A program made the translations under genes and the position numbers. A model generated the notes under the pieces. It saw only the letters and a list, made by a program, of their open reading frames with translations, had not been told where the DNA came from and did no database searches. Shown here one piece after another: positions 16,316 to 23,428 of a DNA stretch of 42,769 nucleotides. Source of the DNA: Solirubrobacterales bacterium (GTDB taxonomy: Bacteria > Actinomycetota > Thermoleophilia > Solirubrobacterales > 70-9); NCBI GenBank assembly GCA_050697195.1, contig JBOGZL010000404.1, positions 1 to 42,769 on the forward strand, given 5' to 3'. Each line of letters begins with the position of its first letter. Position 1 is the first letter of the stretch.

Positions 16316-17026
16316 TCAGCGACCGAAGCGGTCGGCCGACAGCTCGAGCTGCTCGGGAAGCGGAGGTCGCGAGGGCGGCGCGGGATCGGCGCGCACCGAC
16401 ACCGTCTCGGCGATGTCCTTGGAGACCGTGTGGCTGCCGTCGTCGGAGGCGATCACGACCTCGTCGTTGGAGCTCTCGATCGTCCCCTCGAGCTGGGGGT
16501 ACACGCCCGCGTCCTTTAGGTAGTGGAGCAGCTCCTCGGCCTCGTTCTCGAACCTCAGGATCAAGATTCGCGCGCCCGGGTCGCAGTCGGCCAGCAGGAC
16601 GCCCTGCTCGCGAACGCCCTCGACGAGCGGATGGCCGTGCGGACAGGTCGTGGCGTCTCCGATCGCGGCGAGCATCCGCTCCTCGAGCACCGGCGACATC
16701 GCGTGCTCGAGCCGCTCCGCCTCCTCGTGGACCTCGTCCCAGGGGATCCCCAGGACGTCGGTGAGGAAGCGCTCGATCAGCCGGTGGCGGCGGACCATCG
16801 CCTGCGCCTGCTCGCGCCCCTCGGCGGTGAACTCGAGCGACTTGTCGTCGGCCCGGACCACGTACCCGTCCTTCTCCAGCCGCCCGATCATCTCGTGGAC
16901 CGTCGGCGGCGAGAGATGCATCGCCCGCGCGACGTTTGCGCCCGTCATCGACAATCCGGCCTCCTCGAGCCAGTACATGATCTCGAGGTACTCCTCCTGG
17001 GCGACAGTCGCCTCGTGCACCGCCAT
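16316..17026 (-). CDS. DtxR/IdeR/MntR-family metal-dependent transcriptional repressor with C-terminal SH3-like (FeoA) domain
   Basis: EEYLEIMYWLEEAG..., ARAMHLSPPTVHEMIGRLEKDGYV, RHRLIERFL, EEAERLEH. Metal specificity cannot be called from sequence. Confidence 0.9.
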   Translation of the reverse strand: MAVHEATVAQEEYLEIMYWLEEAGLSMTGANVARAMHLSPPTVHEMIGRLEKDGYVVRADDKSLEFTAEGREQAQAMVRRHRLIERFLTDVLGIPWDEVHEEAERLEHAMSPVLEERMLAAIGDATTCPHGHPLVEGVREQGVLLADCDPGARILILRFENEAEELLHYLKDAGVYPQLEGTIESSNDEVVIASDDGSHTVSKDIAETVSVRADPAPPSRPPLPEQLELSADRFGR

Positions 17027-17037
17027 GGACCGATAGT

Positions 17038-17059
17038 AGATGACTGATCCCGGTCATCT
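17038..17059. promoter_or_regulatory. inverted repeat AGATGAC-N8-GTCATCT in the divergent ideR-like/SDR intergenic region (possible operator)
   Basis: 7-bp perfect arms at 17038-17044 and 17053-17059. It does not resemble the classical IdeR box. Confidence 0.25.
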
Positions 17060-17095
17060 GGGTCGCCAGGATCAACCCGTGAGAGGATTCGGCGC

Positions 17096-17887
17096 GTGCG
17101 GATCGAGGCCGGCACCCGGGCGCTCGTCACCGGCGCCTCGCGGGGGATCGGGAGGGCGACCGCGACGGCCTTCGCGGCGCGCGGCGCTCGCGTCGGGCTG
17201 ATCGCCCGCGGGCGGGAGGATCTCGAGCGGGTGGCCGGCGAGCTCGGCGGGGAGCCGATCGTCCTCCCGGCGGACATCGGCGAGCGCGGCGAGATCGAGG
17301 TCGCGGTGGACGAGTTCGTGCGCCGGGCCGGGGGGCTCGACCTCGTCGTCGCGAACGCCGGCATCGCCCACTACGCGCCGTTCGCCGAGCTGGAGATCGA
17401 GCGCGCCGAGGAGATGGTGCGGATCAACCTGCTCGGGACCCTGTACACGGTGAAGGCGGCGCTTCCCCGGATGCTCGATCGCGCCTCGGGGCACATCGTG
17501 GTCGTGGCGTCGGGCGCGAGCCTGCGCGCGTTCCCGTGGGCGGCGACCTACGGCGCCACGAAGGCCGCGCAGCGCGCGTTCGCTGAGGCGCTCCGCCACG
17601 AGCTCTCGGGGACCGGCGTCTCGGTGACGACCGTCTTCCCCGGCGAGATCGCCACCGAGCTCCACGCCCACGAGCGCGAACGGATGCCGGACTGGTACCG
17701 GGGCGCCGACGCGATTCCTCCGGACCGCGTCGCCGAGGCGATCGTGCGGGCGGTCGAGGAGGATCGGCGGTCGGCCTACGTGCCGCAGATCGTCCGGCTG
17801 CTCGGCCTCAACGGGCTCGCCCCGCGGCTCGCCGACAGGCTCCTCGCGACGATCCGCGGCGCGACCGCGGCGCCGCGGCGCGACTAG
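17096..17887 (+). CDS. SDR-family oxidoreductase
   Basis: GTG start. ALVTGASRGIGRA (TGxxxGxG) and YGATKAA (YxxxK). Confidence 0.85.
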   Translation: MRIEAGTRALVTGASRGIGRATATAFAARGARVGLIARGREDLERVAGELGGEPIVLPADIGERGEIEVAVDEFVRRAGGLDLVVANAGIAHYAPFAELEIERAEEMVRINLLGTLYTVKAALPRMLDRASGHIVVVASGASLRAFPWAATYGATKAAQRAFAEALRHELSGTGVSVTTVFPGEIATELHAHERERMPDWYRGADAIPPDRVAEAIVRAVEEDRRSAYVPQIVRLLGLNGLAPRLADRLLATIRGATAAPRRD

Positions 17888-17899
17888 CTAGCTAGCTAA
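17884..17899. repeat. (CTAG)3-CTAA tract: a palindromic 12-mer with stop codons in all six frames
   Basis: The sequence reads GA CTAG CTAG CTAG CTAA. It includes the SDR TAG stop (17885-17887) and two GCTAGC sites. Confidence 0.9.
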
Positions 17900-18061
17900 C
17901 GCTACGGCCTGTCGTGGCAGGTCGTGCCGGCCGGGATGGAGGAGCCATTCGCCGATCCGGACCCGGAGCGGGCCCGGCGCGCGATGGAGGCGATGCTCAA
18001 GATGGGCAAGCTCGACATCGCCGCGCTGCGCAGCCCGGCCGAGGGTGTGGCGGCGACCTGA
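17900..18061 (+). pseudogene. C-terminal remnant (about 53 codons) of a VOC-family (PF06983, PhnB/YjdN-like) gene
   Basis: The frame opens directly after the TAA at 17897-17899. RYGLSWQVVPAGMEEPFADPDPERARRAMEAMLKMGKLDIAALRS matches the conserved C-terminus of this family as I recall it. The N-terminal two-thirds are absent. Confidence 0.65.
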
Positions 18062-18082
18062 TCCGGCGCCAGCGGCCCCCGA

Positions 18083-18892
18083 CTAGCGCGCCGCCAGCGT
18101 CCCGACGACCGCCTCGTAGAAGCACTCCCCCATCCCGCCGTCGGTGACGGTGACGTTGTCGCGCCCCGAGATCGCGGGGGAGAGGCCGGGGTCGCGCTCG
18201 GGGCCGGTGGCGGGGACGAAGAAGTGGCCGACCACGTCGGCGACGGCGAGGTCCTCGAGCGAGTCGCCGATCGCGATGCACTGCTGGGGCGCGTAGCCGC
18301 GCGCCCGCATGTGCGCCTCGACCGCGCCCGCCTTGCTCGCGCCGCGCGGCACGAGGTGGTACGCGTGGGTGACCTCGAGCTCTCCCATCGGGCGCCCGAT
18401 CGCCCCGTTGTCGATCATCCGCAGGTGCCCGTGCCCCTGCTCGGCGAGCAGGACGTTCGCCTCCTCGACCTCGACCAGGCCGCGAAACAGGTGCGAGTAA
18501 ACGCGGTCGTGGTGCCACGGCGAGTGGTACTCGATCTGGCCCGGGTAGGCGGAGAACAGGAGCTCCGGGACCCCGGCCTCGTAGATCTGCTCCGCGATCG
18601 TCACCTCCCCGTCGGCGTGCAGCTCCCCCGTGAACAGGGTCAGCTCCCCGTCGATCATCAACGCGCACCCCGCCTCGAAGATGTACGAGCTCTGGCCGAT
18701 CAGGCGCGCGTCCTCCATCACCTGGGGCTCGCGCCGGCCGGACTTGATCACGACCTCCACCTCGGCGCGATGGCAGGCCTCGAGCCCGCGCGCCTGCAGG
18801 AGCGAGAACTCACCGTCCGCGTCGCGAAACAGCGAGCCGCCCCTGCCGAGCAGGGTGCCGTCGAGGTCCGTGTACACGCAGCGCAGCGCCAC
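18083..18892 (-). CDS. HAD-IIB (Cof / sugar-phosphate phosphatase-like) hydrolase
   Basis: GTG start. VYTDLDGTLLG (motif I) and IAIGDSLEDL (motif IV). Confidence 0.8.
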   Translation of the reverse strand: MALRCVYTDLDGTLLGRGGSLFRDADGEFSLLQARGLEACHRAEVEVVIKSGRREPQVMEDARLIGQSSYIFEAGCALMIDGELTLFTGELHADGEVTIAEQIYEAGVPELLFSAYPGQIEYHSPWHHDRVYSHLFRGLVEVEEANVLLAEQGHGHLRMIDNGAIGRPMGELEVTHAYHLVPRGASKAGAVEAHMRARGYAPQQCIAIGDSLEDLAVADVVGHFFVPATGPERDPGLSPAISGRDNVTVTDGGMGECFYEAVVGTLAAR

Positions 18893-18925
18893 GCCGCTAC
18901 GGTAGCCGGGTGGGCGCCGGCGCGA

Positions 18926-19399
18926 CTACGGTCGCTGGGCGAGCTCGATCCGGGCTCGAACCCGGCCCGACTTGCCGCTCGCCTCGGTGGTGAACACCTT
19001 GAGCCTCGCGAGCGCGATCCCGTCGGCGGCGAGCACGTTCTCCAGCGCCGGTCGTGCCTTGCTCGGAATCCGAAGCCTGAACTTCCCCTTGCGCCCCGCA
19101 TCGAGCTCGTCAGAGTCGGGCCTCAGCTTCGCGGTCCGCCGCCTCGTGATCTCGCCGGTCGAAGGATCGACCGCCCGCGGGATCTCGAGCTTGCCCCTGA
19201 TCTCGACCTCGCAGTCGGCGCTGCACTTCACCGCCGCCTTGACGACGCTGGTCGAGTCCTGGGGCTCCTTCCACGTCACCTCGATATCGCGGTCGGGGGC
19301 GGCGCCGGCTGCCGCGGGAACCGCCGTGGCAGCCACGACAGCAAGCCCGATCACGCCCCTCCGGACACCGAAGCTGGTGAAGACGCCCCCCGCTGCCAC
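18926..19399 (-). CDS. hypothetical secreted protein
   Basis: Only the last 157 codons of ORF 18926..20269 look like a real protein. GTG at 19399 gives VAAGGVFTSFGVRRGVIGLAVVAATAVPAAAGAAP (signal-like). The rest of the ORF is antisense to the DHPS-like gene. The start is a guess. Confidence 0.45.
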   Translation of the reverse strand: MAAGGVFTSFGVRRGVIGLAVVAATAVPAAAGAAPDRDIEVTWKEPQDSTSVVKAAVKCSADCEVEIRGKLEIPRAVDPSTGEITRRRTAKLRPDSDELDAGRKGKFRLRIPSKARPALENVLAADGIALARLKVFTTEASGKSGRVRARIELAQRP

Positions 19400-19450
19400 G
19401 GCGGTACGGTAGCGCGGATGGCCTCGACAGGCGCTGCTCAGCGGCACACG

Positions 19451-20287
19451 ATGTGGAAGTTGCGCGACGGGCTGCTGGGTTTCCCGCGTCCGCTCGGGGT
19501 CGGGATCGTGAACGTGACCGACGACTCCTTCTTCGAGGGAGCCCGGAGCGGGACGCCCCACGCCGCGATCCGCGACGGCCTGCGGTTGACCCGCGCGGGG
19601 TTCGACATGCTCGACATCGGGGCGGTGGCCGCCGCGCCCGGTCCTCCGGTGCCCGCCGCCGAGGAGATCGCCCGCCTGATTCCCGCGATCGAGGGAATCC
19701 TCGCCGCCCGCCGCCTCACGGTGATGGCCGATACGTTCGTGCCCGAGGTTGCGCGCCGGGCGGTCGAGGCGGGCGCCGCGGCGATCAACGACACGGGCGG
19801 CGGACGCGATCCGGAGATGCTCGAGCTGGTAGCCGAGAGCGGCAGCGGGCTGGTGATGATGCACATCGAGGGCCCGCCGCGGGAGGAGCGAGAGCCTCCG
19901 AGATACGACGATGTCGTCGCCCATCTGCGGGAGTGGTTCGCGGCCCGGATCGCCGACGCGGTGTCGCGCGGCGTGCGCGAGGAGCAGATCGCGCTCGACC
20001 CGGGTCTCGACTTCGACCTCTCCCTCGACGACGACATCGAGATCCTGATGCGCCTCGCCGAGCTCCACGAGCTCGGCCGGCCGCTCTTCATCTCGCTGTC
20101 GCGAAAGGACCTTCTCGGCGCGATCCTCGCCGGCTCGTGGGAGGAGCGGGCGCCCGCCCGGGACCGTGAGTGGGCGACGGGCGCGGCGGTCGCGCTGGCG
20201 GCGGCGGCGGGGGCGGAGATGTTCCGCCTCCACGATCGCAGCGCGCTCGACGCGATGCGGGTCGCGCACCGGATCGCGAATGGCTAG
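19451..20287 (+). CDS. dihydropteroate synthase-like pterin-binding protein (divergent FolP)
   Basis: GIVNVTDDSF, MADTF, AINDTGG, LDPG, SLSRKD and FRLHD align with FolP. Loop-2 ESTR is not conserved (see findings). An alternative ATG lies at 19418. Confidence 0.8.
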   Translation: MWKLRDGLLGFPRPLGVGIVNVTDDSFFEGARSGTPHAAIRDGLRLTRAGFDMLDIGAVAAAPGPPVPAAEEIARLIPAIEGILAARRLTVMADTFVPEVARRAVEAGAAAINDTGGGRDPEMLELVAESGSGLVMMHIEGPPREEREPPRYDDVVAHLREWFAARIADAVSRGVREEQIALDPGLDFDLSLDDDIEILMRLAELHELGRPLFISLSRKDLLGAILAGSWEERAPARDREWATGAAVALAAAAGAEMFRLHDRSALDAMRVAHRIANG

Positions 20288-22619
20288 CCCGCTCCGCGGT
20301 CCAGAGGTCGAGGCGGTGAGCTCGGTGTGGGGCCGCGCGATCGAGCCGGGTCGCGACGACGGACGCCTGGTCGCCGAGGGTGCCGAGGATCCCGCCCCGG
20401 CGGCGCTCGCGGGGATGCCGCGATCGCTTCACCCCGAGCTCCGAGAGGCGCTGCGGGGCGCCGGGATCGAGGCGCTCTACTCGCACCAGGTCGACGCGAT
20501 CGGCGCGGCCGAGGACGGGAACATGATCGTCACCAGCGGGACCGCGAGCGGAAAGTCGCTGTGCTTCAACCTCCCGGTCCTCGACGGGCTCGCCCGCGAG
20601 GCCCGGCGCCGCGCGCTGTACCTGTACCCGACGAAGGCGCTCGCCCAGGACCAGGCGCGGGCGCTGTCGGCGCTCGGACCGCCGAACCTGCGCCACGCGA
20701 TCTACGACGGCGACACGCCGCGCGACGACCGCCCGGCGATCCGTCGGCGCTCCAACCTCGTGCTCACCAACCCCGACATGCTCAACATCGGGATCCTTCC
20801 CCACCACAGAAGCTGGGGGGACTTCCTAGCGAACCTCGGGTGGGTCGTGGTCGACGAGGCCCACGCGTACCGGGGGGTGTTCGGGTCCCACGTCGCAAAC
20901 GTGCTTCGGAGGCTGCGCCGCGCGGCGCGGATGTACGGGGCCGAGCCGCGGTTCCTGCTCGCCTCGGCGACGATCGCGAACCCGGTCGAGCTCGCGGAGC
21001 GGCTGTGCGGCGCCGAGTTCGCGCTGATCGACTCCGACGGCGCCCCGCGGGCGTCGCGGCGGATCGCGATGTGGAACCCGCCGCTGCTCGACGAGCGCTC
21101 GGGGACGCGGCGCTCGGTGCTGTCCGAGGGCGCCGACCTGCTCGCCGCCCTGGTCACCGAGGGGCTGCGCACGATCTGCTTCCTCAACAGCCGTCGCGGG
21201 ATCGAGCTGATCCAGCGCTTCACGCGCGAGCGACTGCGCGAGGAGGGCCGGGGCGAGCTCGGCGAGCTGATCGCTCCCTACCGTGCCGGGTACACGCCCC
21301 AGCAGCGTCGCGAGATCGAGGCGGCACTGTCGGGCGGCGAGCTGCTCGCGGTGGTCGCAACCGACGCGCTCGAGCTCGGGATCGACGTCGGCGAGCTCGA
21401 CGCGGCGATCTGCGTCACGTTCCCCGGCACGGTCGCGAGCCTGCGTCAGATGTGGGGCCGGGCGGGACGGCGCCGGGAGGGTCTCGCGCTCTACGACGCC
21501 GGCCAGGACGCCCTCGACCAGTTCTTCTGCCGCCACCCCGAGGAGTTCCTCGGGCGGCCGGTCGAGGCGGCGATCCTCGACCACCAGAGCGAGCAGATCC
21601 AGTTCCAGCACCTGATCGCGGCCGCCTACGAGGCGCCGCTCGGAGGGGGCGAGCAGGGGGTGCTGGGGGAGGACGAGGTCGCCGGGTCGGCCGACGACGA
21701 GCTGCTCGGCTCGCGGTGGCGGGAGCGGGCGGACGAGCTCGTTCGGCTCGGGAAGCTGCGCCGCGGGCGCGGCGGGCGCTACGTCGTGCGCGGGCCGGGG
21801 TTCCCCGCGGGCCAGGTGTCGCTGCGATCCGCCTCTCCCGACACCGTCGCGGTGATCGAGCGCCGCTCGGGCGAGCTTCTCGGCGGGGTCGAGGCGGAGC
21901 GGGCCTTCGGGACCGTTCACCCCGGCGCCGTCTACCTCCACCTCGGTGTGTCATACGAGGTGCGCGAGCTCGACGTCGAGGGTCGGCGGGCGATCGTGGA
22001 GCGCTTCGAGGGCGACTGGTACACGCAGCCCAAGAAGGAGACCGAGACCTTCATCGAGGACACCTCGACTACGCGCGAGACGGCGGGGGTGGAGCTGGCG
22101 TTCGGGACCGTGTCCGTCGCCGAGCAGGTGATCGCGTTCCAGCGCAAGCGGCTGGCCGACCACGAGGTGATCGACACGGTCTCGATCGAGCTTCCCGAGC
22201 AGAACTTCATCACCCAGGCGCTCTGGTATGTGCTCCCGCCGAAGCTGTCGGGAGCGCTCCCGACCGAGGTCCTGCTGGGGGCGCTGCACGCGACCGAGCA
22301 CAGCCAGATCGCGGTTCTGCCGCTGGTCGCGATGTGCGACCGGTGGGACATCGGCGGGCTGTCCACGAACGTCCACTTCCAGACCGCCCGTCCGACGATC
22401 TTCATCTACGACGGCCATCCCGGGGGGGTGGGGATCGCTCGCCGCGGCTACGACGAGTTCGAGCGCCTGCTCGGGGACGCCACGCGGCTCGTCGGGGAGT
22501 GCCAGTGCGAGGACGGGTGCCCCTCGTGCGTCCAGAGCCCGAAGTGCGGGAACCTGAACGAGCCGCTGCACAAGGCGGGGGCGCTCGAGTTGATGGAGCT
22601 GATGCGCGCCGGGATATAG
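20280..22619 (+). CDS. DEAD/DEAH-box helicase with C-terminal DUF1998 zinc module (MrfA/YprA/SftH type)
   Basis: ATG at 20280 overlaps the upstream stop by 8 nt. TSGTASGKS (motif I), VVVDEAHAYRG (DEAH), C-terminal CQCEDGCPSCVQSPKCGN. Confidence 0.9.
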   Translation: MASPLRGPEVEAVSSVWGRAIEPGRDDGRLVAEGAEDPAPAALAGMPRSLHPELREALRGAGIEALYSHQVDAIGAAEDGNMIVTSGTASGKSLCFNLPVLDGLAREARRRALYLYPTKALAQDQARALSALGPPNLRHAIYDGDTPRDDRPAIRRRSNLVLTNPDMLNIGILPHHRSWGDFLANLGWVVVDEAHAYRGVFGSHVANVLRRLRRAARMYGAEPRFLLASATIANPVELAERLCGAEFALIDSDGAPRASRRIAMWNPPLLDERSGTRRSVLSEGADLLAALVTEGLRTICFLNSRRGIELIQRFTRERLREEGRGELGELIAPYRAGYTPQQRREIEAALSGGELLAVVATDALELGIDVGELDAAICVTFPGTVASLRQMWGRAGRRREGLALYDAGQDALDQFFCRHPEEFLGRPVEAAILDHQSEQIQFQHLIAAAYEAPLGGGEQGVLGEDEVAGSADDELLGSRWRERADELVRLGKLRRGRGGRYVVRGPGFPAGQVSLRSASPDTVAVIERRSGELLGGVEAERAFGTVHPGAVYLHLGVSYEVRELDVEGRRAIVERFEGDWYTQPKKETETFIEDTSTTRETAGVELAFGTVSVAEQVIAFQRKRLADHEVIDTVSIELPEQNFITQALWYVLPPKLSGALPTEVLLGALHATEHSQIAVLPLVAMCDRWDIGGLSTNVHFQTARPTIFIYDGHPGGVGIARRGYDEFERLLGDATRLVGECQCEDGCPSCVQSPKCGNLNEPLHKAGALELMELMRAGI

Positions 22620-22628
22620 TCGCCGACG

Positions 22629-23117
22629 GTGACTCGAACGCGGCAAGTCGCGGTTTCCGGCGGCGGCGTCGATCCGCCCGAGGACGCGCTCGCCGCGGCG
22701 GAGGAGGTCGGGCGGAGGCTCGCCGAGGCGGAGATCACGGTCGTCTGCGGCGGGCTCGGCGGCGTGATGGAGGCCGCGGCACGTGGGGCCGCCCGGGCTG
22801 GCGGCGAGGTGATCGGGATCCTCCCCGGCGACGACCCGTCCGAGGCGAATCCACATTGCACGCAGGTGATCGCCACGGGGATCGGCCACGCACGAAACCT
22901 CGCCGTGGTCGCCTCCGGTGACGCGGTGATCGCGATCGGCGGCGAGTGGGGAACGCTGTCCGAGATCGCGTTCGCGCGCCAGCTCGGGCGCCCGGTGGTG
23001 GCGCTCGACACCTGGAGCATGCGGGGCGCGGGGCCGATGGCCGAAGCCCCCGGGGTCGAGGCAGTGCCCGATCCGGCCGCAGCCGTCGCGGCGGTGGTGC
23101 GCGCGACGGCGAACTGA
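22629..23117 (+). CDS. TIGR00725-family (LOG-like, SLOG fold) protein
   Basis: GTG start 9 nt after the helicase stop. VAVSGGG, VVCGGLGGVMEAAARGA, IAIGGEWGTLSEIA. Confidence 0.8.
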   Translation: MTRTRQVAVSGGGVDPPEDALAAAEEVGRRLAEAEITVVCGGLGGVMEAAARGAARAGGEVIGILPGDDPSEANPHCTQVIATGIGHARNLAVVASGDAVIAIGGEWGTLSEIAFARQLGRPVVALDTWSMRGAGPMAEAPGVEAVPDPAAAVAAVVRATAN

Positions 23118-23354
23118 CACACGGTTCCGCGCCGTCGGGTATAAAGCATCTCAGGGGGCAACAAGCTCATAGCCGTTAGGGGGAAGTGATGAGCAGCCTC
23201 AGGTGGTTGGGTCCGCGCCGGGACGGCGAGGGCGGCCGAGAGCCCTGCGTCGACGTCGGCGGCTTGTAGCCGTCGTACGCGCGGGTGCGCGGGTCGGGCA
23301 GGGACACCCGGCCCGCGCTCCCGTGCCCCGGTTGGCCGCTAGCCTTTCTGACCC

Positions 23355-23427
23355 GGCGAGGTAGCTCAGTTGGTAGAGCACACGACTGAAAATCGTGGTG
23401 TCGCCAGTTCGATTCTGGCCCTCGCCA
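23355..23427 (+). tRNA. tRNA-Phe (anticodon GAA), CCA not encoded
   Basis: Manual cloverleaf: acceptor GGCGAGG/CCTCGCC, D arm GCTC-AGTTGGTA-GAGC, anticodon arm CACGA-CTGAAAA-TCGTG, variable loop GTGTC, T arm GCCAG-TTCGATT-CTGGC, discriminator A. Confidence 0.95.
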
Positions 23428-23428
23428 T

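Noticed and set aside
17914-18147. 77-aa ORF between the SDR and HAD-IIB genes.
   Set aside because: It is Arg/Gly/Pro-rich and runs into the HAD-IIB gene antisense. A different frame of the same DNA (17900..18061) gives the clear VOC C-terminal remnant.
23189-23269. 26-codon ORF (MSSLRWLGPRRDGEGGREPCVDVGGL) with an AGGGGGAA Shine-Dalgarno-like sequence, in the 237-nt gap upstream of tRNA-Phe. GC-rich hairpins lie in the same gap (for example GCGGGTCGGG...CCCGGCCCGC).
   Set aside because: It is too short, has no recognisable motif and cannot be tested by eye. The gap may just hold the TIGR00725 terminator and the tRNA promoter. It is worth a covariance-model scan, but I cannot support an ncRNA or peptide call.
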